Origin: Octopus sinensis
Taxonomy: Eukaryota
Direction: 5' to 3'
Length of the DNA: 64,000 nt
Assembly: GCF_006345805.1 (NCBI RefSeq)
Contig: NC_042998.1
Coordinates: 1,488,001-1,552,000 of the forward strand
Under the pieces are notes generated by a model. The model was not told the origin of the DNA. It ran no database searches and saw nothing but the letters and a program-made list of their open reading frames with translations. The translations under genes and the position numbers were made by a program. Positions 1 to 11,932 of the stretch are shown here, piece by piece. Within the stretch, counting starts at the first letter, position 1. The number at the start of each line of letters is the position of its first letter.

Positions 1-372
1 TCTAAACTTAGTACGATGTCAGATTCTAATATACCTACCTAGATAGTTATAACTCCCTCCTCCTTTCAATGCTCTTAATGTTTGGCCATCTGGTAATTGG
101 ATGCCTTCGCTGTTGACTACATGTCCCCTTCTCATGACTAATATTACTCACTTATCTATGCCAAATCCCATGCTTATATCTTTGCTGAAGAGTCTTATAG
201 TCTGCATTAAAGAATATATCTCTTTTTCATTCTTACAAAAAACCTCAGCTCATCCATGAAGAACAAATGATTAATATTTCCCTTACTATATCTGAACTGA
301 TATCCTGCTTTTGTCTTCCATAATACTAAACTGAGGGAGATCAAACAAGACAAATATTAAAGGGGACAAGTT
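1..372 (-). pseudogene. Degraded reverse-transcriptase fragment of an R4/Dong-like (RLE-type) non-LTR retrotransposon
   Basis: Manual minus-strand translation gives LSPLIFVL...NINHLFFMDELR..KNEKEIYSLMQTIRLFSKDISMGFGIDK*...EGIQLPDG...YNYLG..ILE. This resembles the INHLLYMDD/GMEFGLDKC/YKYLGILE pattern of R4/Dong RTs. It has stops and frameshifts. Confidence 0.7.
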
Positions 373-694
373 TGTCATTTGATATTACTCTATCATGTGT
401 TAATGCTGTATTACGATAACAGCTGTGGTCAGTCTGCATCTTTACTGAACCACTGCCGAGCGAGAGAGGTCTTCCCTTAAACACCTAGTTTCATTTTCGT
501 TGTTACAACCATCGGAAACTCCTGTCTCTCATAAACTGAGGTAAAGTAACGTTCATCACCATCATCATCATCACCACTATTATTTTTCGACATCTGATAG
601 TTTCAAGCAACTTTCTATTGCATAATTTGTTGCACCTTTGAGCTGATGCGGTGGTGTGTGCTGCATTTTTTATTTTTATTTTTTATTTATTTAT

Positions 695-696
<2 letters not shown>

Positions 697-762
<66 letters not shown>
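697..762. repeat. (TTA)n microsatellite
   Basis: Directly visible. Confidence 0.95.
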
Positions 763-1204
763 TCCTGCTGAGCTGTCAAAACTTTTCTTCGTGATTTTGA
801 CAACCCTAAAATTCTGGATAATTACCGTTTGAAAGTGAATGACATATTTTATTTCATTTAGCTTAATATAATACGGGTCATTCTCAACTATTTGGAGTAT
901 ATTTTACACCAAAGTAATCGAGGAAGTTTAATTATTTCTGACATTTCGTTTTTCTCTTCAGATATTTGCAAACAATGCTGTCTACAAAAACAATAAAGAG
1001 AGTCACCTTCAAAACACAGTAAACGACAAATACTCAACAAGCAGACATTTGCAACGTTTATCTCTACCGCTCCACAAATGTTTTTTTTTTTTTTCTGCTT
1101 ATACTAATAAAGTAATAATTGCCAGTGATGCTGACTGATGCAGAGAAGAGTATCCTCAGCTGGTCCGAGTAATATTCACATGCCTCAAGGTACATTTTTT
1201 AACT

Positions 1205-1343
1205 GGCGTGGCTGTGAGGTAAGACGTTTGTATCCCAACCTCATGATTCGGGGTTCAGTCCCACTGTGTCTTCTACTATAGCCTCGGTTCGACCAGAAGC
1301 CCGTGAGTGGATTTGGCAGACGGAGAAACTAAAAAAATCCCCT

Positions 1344-1394
<51 letters not shown>

Positions 1395-2174
1395 TATATA
1401 TAGTGAGGGAAGAAATGGAGCTGGACGAAGATTTTACAAAATTCCTTTTTATTATTTTCTACATATGTTTCAAAGGCTGCAAAGTCCCTAATTCGGATTG
1501 AATAAGGAGACCATTTTGCAGCTTTCTCTTCAGGAAAGTCCAGGAACTTAATCTCCAAACAAATGCGGGCTCCTAGAGAGCGTTTGTCGAAAAGCTTGCT
1601 GCGCATTTGTTTGGAGATTAAGTTCCTGGATTTTCCTGAAGAGAAAGCTGCAAAATGGTCTCCTTATTCAATCCGAATTAGGGACTTTGCAGCCTTTGAA
1701 ACATATGTAGAAAATAATAAAAAGGAATTTTGTAAAATCTTCGTCCAGCTCCATTTCTTCCCTCACTAAATATATAAAACTTCAATTATCCGCACTAAGG
1801 CACGGTTGCGATACCCCAACCGTGATTTTTCTGTTGTGATTTTTGCTACCCAGGTATCGGTTATAATTTGAATAATCCGTAACAAGATAATTCATTTATC
1901 CATTTCAATAATAATAATAATATATATAATATATATTATATATATATATATAATATATATATATAAGTATGTATGTATGTTGTATGTATGTATGTATGTA
2001 TGTATGTAGTATGTATGTATGTATGTATGTGTGTGGTGTGTGTATATATATCTATGTGTGTGTTTGTGCTGATGTTTGTTTCACCCACCACCGCTTTACA
2101 GCCGGTGTTGGTATGTTACGTCCCCGTAACTTAGCGGTGCAGCAAAAGGATCAGATAAAGTAAGGACTAGGCTT

Positions 2175-2206
<32 letters not shown>

Positions 2207-2207
2207 A

Positions 2208-2249
<42 letters not shown>

Positions 2250-2340
2250 TGATATCGATTTGTTCGACTAAGACCCCTCGAGGCGGTGCTCCAGCATGGC
2301 TGCAGCCAAATGACTGAAATACGTATAAAGGAATAAAAGA
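1205..2340 (+). mobile_element. SINE family A (tRNA-like head plus CORE-like segment), split by later insertions: head 1205-1345, tail ~2055-2340
   Basis: The head matches other copies (ggttcagtcccactg...ctactatagcc...gtgagtggatttgg..acggaaact). The tail ends ggcggtgctccagcatggc..cagccaaatgactgaaa. The fold-back element and microsatellites lie between the two parts. Confidence 0.75.
1401..1768. mobile_element. Fold-back/MITE-like element: 167-bp inverted arms (1401-1567, 1602-1768) with a 34-bp spacer, TA at both ends
   Basis: Arms compared base by base are reverse complements except at one position. The mirrored ORFs 1241..1606(-) and 1563..1769(+) share the same peptide. Confidence 0.85.
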
Positions 2341-2822
2341 CTACAATTGTGGCATTGGCCATCGGCTGCTTCTTTACATTTTGATGATTTACAGCTTGTG
2401 TGCAGCCGAGAAAACCTGTATACATTATTATAAATATGTACACACAGACACATCTTAAACAAATGTGCGTATTGCGTATAGGCACTACACGCATGCATGT
2501 AATTTGCATATTTAACCCCAAATAGCTGCTGACATACACAAACCTTCCCTACATACACAGATCCAACATACACACGCACACACACACATCATCGATGTAT
2601 ATCTATAGCTATGTGTGGGTGTGCGCGTGCGTGTGTGTCTGAGCATTTAATAAGTACATACATTTATATTTTTATATAAAACACATCTATATGCGTATAT
2701 ATGTATATATATATATATATATATACATATTATATATACGCTATATATATATATTCATACACACACACATACACACACAAATTATACATACAAATTATGC
2801 ATGTTATATATATATATGTATG

Positions 2823-2859
<37 letters not shown>

Positions 2860-3310
2860 ATATTTCGGAATGGTCATATTGCCAGTTTAGCCAATAAATA
2901 TATATATATATATATATATTATGCATACATTATATGTAATTATATATATATGTGTGTGTGTGTGTGTAAGTACGTACGTGCGTACGTATGTATGCATGTA
3001 TATACATACATGCATACATGTATACATGTATACACAAACACACACATGTATACAGAGAGGAAGAGAGAAACAGTGATAGACAGACAGCTGAATGAAGCGT
3101 AAGTATATTGAAATTCCATTACTGAGACTGTCACGCCCACATGGTCCCTAGGGGATTTCAGCCCTCAAATTAAGCCGGTTGTTTGTTTATATTTGTGTAG
3201 AGGTGGCTGCGTGTGGGTGCCTGTTTGTTTAAACTGTGTGCATGCAGACACAAATAAAATTTGAAAAAGAATTAGAACCTAGTAACGGGTACACACGCAC
3301 ACACACACAC

Positions 3311-3359
<49 letters not shown>

Positions 3360-3481
3360 ATGGCATGCATAAATATATATGTACATATATGAGTGTGTGT
3401 TCATATGTAGTCTGTGTATGCGTAATAGATATGTATGTGTGTGTGTGTACGTATATATGTGTATGTGCATATACACATACA

Positions 3482-3532
<51 letters not shown>

Positions 3533-3696
3533 CCTATACATATGTACATGTATTATATCATTTATACATATATGTGTGTGTGTGTGTGTATGTTATGTAC
3601 GTATGCGTATGCATGTGGTTTTCTGTATAATAACTCTAGCCTGTTTCAAGATGAAATAAGCATAAAGAATTCAATACAAAGTTGAGTAATTATATT

Positions 3697-3912
3697 GGTT
3701 TCAAATTTTGGCACAAGGCCGGAAATTTCGGGGTAGGAGGTTAAGACGACTACATCGACGCCAGTGGTCAACTGGTACTTATTTTATCGACTCGAAAAGG
3801 ATGAAAGGCAAAGTCGACCCCGGCAGCTTTTGAACTCAGAACATAAAGATGGACGAAATGACACCAAGCGCTTTGTCCGTCGGGTTAACGTTTTTGCCAG
3901 GTCACCGCCTTA
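3697..3912 (-). mobile_element. SINE family B copy
   Basis: Reverse complement of the consensus aaggcgg(c/t)ga.ctggcagaatcg...gttctgagttcaaattcc...gtcgactttgcctttcatcctttcg...aagtaccagttg...ccttgtgccaaaatttgaaac, seen many times in the window. Confidence 0.85.
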
Positions 3913-4536
3913 AGTTGAGCAGTTATATTCTTTACAGTTTGTTGAATCAGTGCCTCTACTGTAAGTTTCACCAGGCGAATGGCATCATAAAACATTATGT
4001 GTCCAAGTCATCATTGAAGCTAAAACTATTTTCTCACTATAGTTGGTGAGTAGCCAATTAACACCGTACACATGATGATGATGCAATGAAAGGGAGATAA
4101 ACAATTTGTATGGGGGGGGGGTAATACAGTTGCGTATCTTAGCATGGCTATAGTACAATGATTGAAACAGGTAAAATAACAACAAAAGACTCTAATGTAT
4201 ACATCGTTGAGACGCCAGTTACTGCAGTATTCGTCCACAGATAGTAGATCGCATGGATGTACTACGTTTAAAAACACAATGCTTATCAGAGTCAGACGAA
4301 AAGTCGACCCAGCAATAGCTAACGAAAACAATAGGTGCATTTAGGCCTAGGTAGGCTTTATCGATGACATGCACTCACAGCTAACCCTATACCTAAACGA
4401 GATTTATTGGCTCCGATATGGAAAACAGAACAATTTATTCACTGGTATTACGAATAGGCGCCTGGCTTAATATGAACCCAGTAGACGCAATTGGAGCAGT
4501 ATTAAATTAAACTTCCCATTTAAGTACCATACTTAC

Positions 4537-4617
4537 CAAAAGCTTCTAGGAGAAACTGGGTTGACAGAAACTGTGAAGGCCAGTCGGGTTGAGTGCAACT
4601 GTAAATCAAAGCACCAT
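4537..4617 (-). CDS. Candidate 81-nt internal coding exon (phase 1-1), xGALIYSCTQPDWPSQFLSTQFLLEAFx; product unknown
   Basis: Acceptor ccaatttcacatag, donor G|GTAAGT and an open symmetric frame, in non-repetitive sequence. No homology recognised. Confidence 0.4.
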
Positions 4618-4786
4618 CTATGTGAAATTGGATCATGTTAATTCTACTCGAGTGTGTGCGTGCGTGTTCATGTGTATGAATTCAAAGGCTGTGCGCAATA
4701 CATATTTCAAATAAGATTATAAGAGGAAGCTTTTAAACTCACTTCTGCAACTCTATTATCTTTTGTATTCTATCATTTTGTGCTTT

Positions 4787-5440
4787 TTAGAGCGGCGAAC
4801 AGGCAGAATCGTTACGGTGCCGGACAAAATGCTTTGCAGTAATTCGTCCGTCTTTACATTCTGAGTTCAAAATCCACAGAGGTCGGCTTTGCCTGTGATC
4901 CTTTTGGGGAACATTAAAATAAGCACCAGTTGACCATTGGAGTCGATGTAATTGATTCGCCCCACTTCCCCGCAATTTCTGGCTTTGTGCCAAAATTTGA
5001 AATCATTATTTTGTACTTCCTTCCTTTAACACACCAACCCAATTGCATAGCAGTATTTCGTCCGTCTTTACGTTCTGGGTTCAAATCCACGGCGGTGGAC
5101 CTTGCCTTTCATACTTCTGGAGTTGATAAAATAAGTACCGTAGCAGTTGAGCACTGGGGTCGATGTAATCGATTTCGTCATCCCTGAAAATTGCTGGCCT
5201 TGCGCTAAAATTTGAAACTATTATTTTCATACTTTCTAAGGCGGCGAACTGGCAAAATTGGTAGCACGTCTGTCAAAATACTTCGTAGTGTTTCTTCTGA
5301 CTTATTACGTTCTGAGTGCAAATTCCGACGGTGCTAACTTTGCCTTTTATCCCTTCAAAAATAATTACCAGTCGAGCACTGGTTCGATGTAACTGACTCA
5401 AAATTGCTAACTTTTAGCTAAAATTAGGATTAATTATTTT
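4787..5440 (+). mobile_element. Three tandem SINE family B copies (middle one 5'-truncated)
   Basis: Repeated ctgagttcaaa/ctgggttcaaa, aagtacc and aaatttgaaa blocks at ~4860, ~5075 and ~5310. Confidence 0.8.
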
Positions 5441-5989
5441 ATATTTCTCCCTTTAACCTCTTCTGAGTCATTTTTAATAAAATAAAAAAGTTCGTTATTT
5501 CTCTTGGAACAGAACCTAAGTAGGATGGCAATTACATTATACCCGAGTTATCAAATACTCATGCAATCCTCTCTCTCTCTCTTTCTTTCTTTTTTACTCT
5601 ATCTCTCTTTTTCTCCTTCTATTCTCCTCATTTTCTCTCTTTTCCTCTCTTTCTCTCTTACGGTTTTAATCCTTACTAATTAGAATATGGGTAAACTTTT
5701 ATACGTATACAGAATCAATCAACTTAATTGCTCCATGGCGTCTCGCAACGTTTTTAGTTATACGCTTATGATTAAGTTCACACTTGCAGTGAGGTTGCTT
5801 TAACATAGTCATCCGAATGTCTAGAAATAACAGCCAAGTAGCTCTGAACACCCCGAATAATTAAAACGAAACAATAAATTAGGAATCGTTGAATAATTTT
5901 GAAAATGTTGAATAACGTTGAAAATGCGGTAGGCAGGATTTTCCGACTGGCACATCTGACGGAAAACAACTTTGAATTTATTTAGCAGT

Positions 5990-6055
5990 GCAGCCCCTTT
6001 GATAATGAGCCATATCTCGTGCGGCCCCCTTCTCAAAAAAAGTTGCCCGTGCCTG
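5990..6055 (-). mobile_element. Possible hAT (Charlie-type) terminal fragment
   Basis: Minus strand reads CAGGCACGGGCAACTTTTTTTGAGAAGGGGGCCGCA, resembling hAT non-autonomous ends. No matching second end was found. Confidence 0.3.
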
Positions 6056-6437
6056 ATACAACCGGGATATACTGTGTCTGAAAATATGTGAGAGAAGGCT
6101 TTTGATATGACAACAGATCGCCTTCATTAGGAGAGGCCTGGGGCTAAACAGCAAAAATAATACTAACAGCAACAACAACAACAATACTACCAGATGATAG
6201 ATTCCAAATATCGATATAGATTTCTACAATCAAACTAAAAAGCAAAGCCAAATTCGTTTCAGCAGTCTCCACATAGTAATGCTCTCTCGCTAGTCAGACT
6301 TTCATATTCTCTCAACGAGTTTATAACTGAGCAAATATTTCAGATCAATTCTAAATAAATATTCTTTCAAACATACAAACACAGAGATTAGATTCTCACA
6401 CGCCCACATACGCTGACATTTCTCTCACTCTCTCTCA

Positions 6438-6536
<99 letters not shown>

Positions 6537-6876
6537 ATTCTATGACTCTCTTTCTCTAGGGATTTTTCAAAGCTAGATTTGTTTCCTTGAATGCTTGTTG
6601 TGTGTGTATGAATGCATTCATGTCTTACCTATCTGACCTCTCGTCCTCTTTCTCTCTCTCTCCCCTCTTCTTATATGTATGTATTTATTATATACATATA
6701 TACACATGTATATATGTGTATATATATATATATAAATATATATTTATATGTATGTATGTACATACATACATACACACACATACATACATACATACGTACA
6801 TACGTACATACACACATACATACATACATACATACATGCATACATACATACATACATACATACATACATACATACA

Positions 6877-6905
<29 letters not shown>
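6438..6905. repeat. (TATC)n (6438-6537) and (TACA)n (~6760-6905) microsatellites
   Basis: Directly visible. Confidence 0.95.
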
Positions 6906-6907
<2 letters not shown>

Positions 6908-7139
6908 GTATTGGTGAGGATGGTTTTGTTATACGGCGCCAAATTTAACAATCCTGTAAATAATAATAATGGGCCGTATGAGTACTCGACAGAAAAAAAA
7001 CAGGCTTTCCCGCGTTAACAAAGGGATGTGCGTTCAAGTCCTACCGGATGGTAAAGCCTACTTTTTTCTGTCGAGAGCGTATATGCCCCAATATTAGACT
7101 GTTCTCTTAGTCATAGCACGGGGATTGCTATAAATTTTA

Positions 7140-7348
7140 AGCTTCATGTTGAATCGCTAGCTTCTGCACGCATTTTTTTCTCTCCTTGTTTCTCTCCGTG
7201 TTTCTTTTCTGTGTATCTCTTCTGTTGAAGAGCGTAGGCTCGAAACGTAAAAGACTTGTTTTATTTATATTCCTGAGCGCCATACTAATACAATTGTTTG
7301 TTGTACTCCACCTGCCTTCGTCTTTTGTTTATCTTCATAAAGCTTCCC

Positions 7349-7350
<2 letters not shown>
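7140..7350 (+). mobile_element. Penelope-like terminal-repeat remnant with hammerhead-like core (second copy ~14110-14330, minus strand)
   Basis: CTGTTGA-A-GAGC-gtag-GCTC-GAAAC at 7222-7246. A homologous copy lies at 14208-14235(-) with similar flanks. Confidence 0.5.
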
Positions 7351-7394
<44 letters not shown>

Positions 7395-7409
7395 ATATAA
7401 CACATATAT

Positions 7410-8040
7410 ATGCATATATGGGTACAGGACGTCACCAACAGTAAACAACATGAACTACGAAAACAAATCAGTTAAATAAGCAAATAACGAGAGAGAAAAA
7501 GGAAAGTAATACAAAGAATGACTCCTCATCAGTTGTCGGCTATCTATCTATTCCTCATTTCGAGCAGTCAACGACAATATGAGACTGTTGCTCCCATAAA
7601 TACCAAAATATAATTTTTGATTTATGGAGGATCAAAGTTAGGAACAAAATCAGGACGGTGGAGTGATACAGGGAAACCGAACGAAAACAAGCATGGAGGG
7701 TCGTTAGACCTGAACGTGAGGAAAATAGTGAGCGCTGGGAGAAATATTTTCTTTGAAAAGAAAATAGATAGGAGACGTCCAGTCCTTAGAATGTCCGTGC
7801 AGGAAAGAAAGATGGTCACGTGAGAAAAGGAAAGATAGACGATGGTCACGTGTGAGTAATGAGAGACAGAAAAAGAGAAAGAGGGAGAGGGAGACAGACA
7901 GACAGAAAACGGTGAAAGGGAAAAAAGGGAATTAGCGAGGACAGGGGAGAAAACAGTATAGTGTAGTGTCGCATCAAAATGGTTAAGATAAACTTACTCG
8001 GAAATGGATGCGTGGCGTTCATAACTAATAATATAAATAA
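7410..8040 (+). mobile_element. Dispersed repeat family, probably Penelope-like derived; homologous to 38862-39410(-), with related ends at ~8480-8520 and ~45900-46050
   Basis: Shared blocks tcatcagttgtcgg..tatcta.tcctcatttcgag, ggagg.tcgttagacc.gaacg, gatggtcacgtg and gaaatggatgcgtggcgttcat. The Penelope assignment is inferred only from the CTGATGA-containing end. Confidence 0.5.
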
Positions 8041-8053
8041 TATATATGTGTGT

Positions 8054-8126
<73 letters not shown>

Positions 8127-8359
8127 AGACCACAATTCGGTATGTAATATAGCCGATTAACGGTAGGAACTTCTGTAAAGTTCAGTATATATACTGTGTA
8201 TAAGAAAAAAGGACAGGCAACAGGTTGCTTGGCCGCATACCGAAAAAAATTAGAAATGGCAGTCAAGACTGTTTATTTCTATTTTCTACAAGTGGGGCTC
8301 CACACACGACATACCCTGTAATTCACATATGCAAAACAGAAGGGATAGATAACGAAAAC

Positions 8360-8377
8360 GTTAGATAGATAGATAGT

Positions 8378-8475
<98 letters not shown>
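8360..8475. repeat. (GATA)n microsatellite
   Basis: Directly visible. Confidence 0.95.
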
Positions 8476-8779
8476 TACATATACATATATGGGTACAAGA
8501 CGCCATACGCAAATAACGAGTTATATATATATAAATATATGTATATATGTTGTATGTATACTATATACACACACGCGTGCACACTTATATATATATATAT
8601 ATATATATATATCAGTTGGTGGGTGTGAGTGTATACGCGGGCGCGTAGAGGGTGTTCGGGCCTCATTTGACGATTTTTGTGTCTCCTTTTTCTTCAAGAA
8701 CGGCTCCATGTACTGGCGAACAGTCAACGGCGTTGAAGACTACGAAGATTATAGTTGTAGCTGAATAAAAGTTAACTGA

Positions 8780-9757
8780 GATGGAGGAATTCGCTTCGGC
8801 TAAATATCATGATGGCTGCTCAATGCTCTGTGAACACCGTACAGATGTAAGACGTAAAATGGTCATCAACCACGGAGATTTACGAAGCTGTGTCTAATAG
8901 AAAAGGAGACACAGTAGGTGTTCTTATTGCGTCCACACGCCGGAATTCATGAACAACGCCAGTACAAGGTGATAGAAGATCTGAGCAAGGGAATCCGGGC
9001 TTTGGCAAGAGTGATGGATGTTCAAGACACCAGCATGAAGCTAATCCTGAATGAGGACCTTCGCTACCACTCTTACTAGAGGCACAAGGGACAAATTCTT
9101 ACAGCGAAGGAGTACCCCTTGACGAAGGCAAAGAAGCTTCTGAACAAGCTGAGTCTCCGGTTGAGGCGACGATGATCTATTTCTTCTGCTTGAACCTACT
9201 GCACAACACCCAGAACAACACGTGGCTTGCCTACAATCCATGTGATGTGCCACTTATCGTAAAAGCCAAGTTTTTCCAAATTGTGATGGTCATCGGGTAT
9301 GTCCAAAGTGAGGATGATATCACGCTGCCCCAAATCTTTGAAAAGGTTCTTAGGCTCAATTCAGAGGCTTTGTGAAGCTGCTGGAAATTTTGGTCAAACC
9401 CTGGCTGGAGAGGCCATGCATGTGACAGCAGTATTCAGCTCCTTACCGTGCGTCCGGAAAGAGTCAGAAGTGGTTGTCAGAGAATTTCTATGACTTCAGC
9501 AGCCCCAATTTCAGGCTTCTGATTGTATTCAATGGATTACTATGTGTGGGGTGCAGTTGAGAAATACATCAACTGCTTGGTATTGCTTTTTTCCAGAGCC
9601 GTCTGAAGTCCGTGGTGGAAGGGAGGTCAACTACTTTGTGTAAATTGTTATCCCCAGTCATAATCTAGTTGATATTTTTTTTTTATTTATCTTTGGATGG
9701 GGTATTCTATTTTCTTTCCCTGTTATGCAAACTGACAAATTTACCTGAAGTACACTA
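8780..9757 (+). mobile_element. Decayed Tc1/mariner-superfamily transposon, maT (DD37D)-like
   Basis: Pieced translation: NEDLRYHSY*RHKGQILT...TKAKKLLNKL...HNTQNNTWLAYNPCDVP..KAKF..VMV...KPWLE..SGKSQKWLSENFYDF..MDYYVWGAVEK. A TIR-like end lies near 9735-9757. Many frameshifts. Confidence 0.75.
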
Positions 9758-9896
9758 TATTATGCAGAAATATTTATATCTTAGTGAACGTGGATGCATT
9801 GTAAAAATACCGTAATACTGCGTATTCATCTTGTGTAAGCATCTTGTATAGACGTTAAGTGATTAAAATTACAGATATATATATATATGTATATAT

Positions 9897-10015
9897 GACT
9901 TCAAATTTTGGCACAAGGCCAGCAATTTTAGGGGAATGGTGAGTCAATTACACCGACCCCAGTGCTCAACTGGTAGCTATTTTATCGACCGCGAAAGGAT
10001 GAAAGATAAAAGTAT
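9897..10015 (-). mobile_element. SINE family B, 3' half
   Basis: tcaaattttggcacaaggccagcaattt...ttttatcgacc.cgaaaggatgaaag. Confidence 0.8.
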
Positions 10016-10074
10016 ATTGGCTTAAAGCAGCCCTTGTTGAAAAATGTTGAAGGTTTCCTGCTAGTCACGGACCC

Positions 10075-10385
10075 AGAAGTAATGGGTAAAGAACCCCTTC
10101 AGTCATGGATAACCATGGGATTGCACCTAGAAAGTTACCCTCCGAAGCATAGATCCGGGCAAGGTTGTTTATGGAAGACCCGCAGTCGCCAACATCGATG
10201 GCATAGAGCCTCCCCCTCTCAAGGGAAAGACAAAGGGGCCGATACAGCTTCGCACCAGTACCGTCGTAATTCATTTCTACAGCTGAGTGAACTGGAGCAA
10301 CGTGAAATAAAGTGTTTTGCCCAAGAACACAACACACTGCGTGGTCTAGGAATCGAACTCACTACCTCATGATTGTGAGTCCGAC
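10075..10385 (-). mobile_element. SINE family D copy
   Basis: Reverse complement of the copies at 24855-25140 and 25520-25836. Confidence 0.8.
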
Positions 10386-10809
10386 GATATATATATATAT
10401 AATGGATAATAAAACGAGTGGTTTATACTTATTAGCTTAATGCTAGAGCACGGCTACTTTCACAGTGATCGTTATGTATATGGCAAATGAAAGACGGAAT
10501 AAAGAATATACGAGCATTTTTTATTAATCACAATTGTTTCAACGCATCGAGCATCGATCGTTCATGGGTGGGACACCCAACAACTGGTTCAGGAGCATCT
10601 GGCGGTGCAGATGTATCTCGTCGGGGGATAAACAAATACAACTTTTAAAAATAACAGTTCCGCAATGTAGCCTCGGTGGAATTTGAACGCCGCTAACCAT
10701 TTTACCCGGTGTGCTAACAATTCTGCCAGCTCGCCACCTTACACAACAATAATATTACGTAGTATATATATATATATTATATATATATATATAATATATA
10801 TATATATAT

Positions 10810-10854
<45 letters not shown>

Positions 10855-11084
10855 ATGTGTGTGTGTGTGTGTGGTGTGTGTGTTGGTGTGTGTATCATAT
10901 TTATTCTTCTATTTGAAGCACCCATTATTAAATATAAACAAATGACTGAAACATGATGAGCTAACCTCAAGCAGAACCGAACTCACTAATCGACTCTTTC
11001 ATGGCTCCTTGCGAATTTGATTGGCCAAACGCTCACCCATCAATTTCAGTCAAATTTAGTCAATATACACTTAAACTGTCTTCA

Positions 11085-11210
11085 TACTACATAAATAATA
11101 TTTTTACAAACCCGAAAGATTTGTAGTTTTCACTATAACACATGGTAGCTTTCTCTCTGTAACTCGCAAAGCCTTTCGAGTTTGTTTATAAAAATATTAT
11201 TTATGTAGTA
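11085..11210. mobile_element. Small MITE-like element with ~34-bp imperfect TIRs (11085-11118, 11173-11210)
   Basis: tactacataaataatatttttacaaacccgaaag versus ctttcgagtttgtttataaaaatattatttatgtagta; TA termini. Confidence 0.55.
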
Positions 11211-11524
11211 TATATATATATGGGAGGCGAGTAGGGTATCTTTTATATTTTATTTGTTTCAGCCATTGGACTGTGTCCATGCTGGAGCGCCGCCTCGAAG
11301 TGTTGAGTCGAAAAAATTGACTCTAATACTTTTTTCTTAGACTGATATTAATTCTTTCTTGTCGAACCTCTGAATTATAACGACGTGATATGTGCGTGTG
11401 CGCGCGCGCGTGTGTGTGTGTGTGTGTAAGTGTGTGTGTGTGAGCGTGTGTGTGTATGCATGTGTGTGCGTGTGAGCGCGTGTGTATGTTGTATGTGTGC
11501 GTCATTGCATGTTTCATTTGTACC

Positions 11525-11717
11525 CCGTAATCATCACTTGACAACCGGTTTGGTTCGTTTACGTCCCCGTGACTTAGAGATTCAGCAAAAAGAACCCCGA
11601 TATACAATAAATACCAGGATTTTAAAAAATAAGTATCGAGATTGATTCATTCGACTAAAACACCTTCAAGTCGGTGCCCCAGCATGGCCGCAATCAAATG
11701 ACTGAAACAAGTAAAAC

Positions 11718-11780
<63 letters not shown>

Positions 11781-11789
11781 GAGATAGAG

Positions 11790-11872
<83 letters not shown>

Positions 11873-11883
11873 GATAGATAGAT

Positions 11884-11915
<32 letters not shown>

Positions 11916-11932
11916 TAGATAGATAGATAGAT

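Noticed and set aside
4537-4560. LLEAFG as a myosin motor-domain exon
   Set aside because: The upstream residues (GALIYSCTQPDWPSQFLSTQF) do not fit the myosin ...QIL.SNP.LEAFG context, and no NAKT/NSSRFGK exon was seen.
10520-10600. Hammerhead-like relic on the minus strand (..catgaacg...cgttgaaacaattg)
   Set aside because: The CUGAUGA box is absent (cccatga), so it cannot be called a ribozyme.
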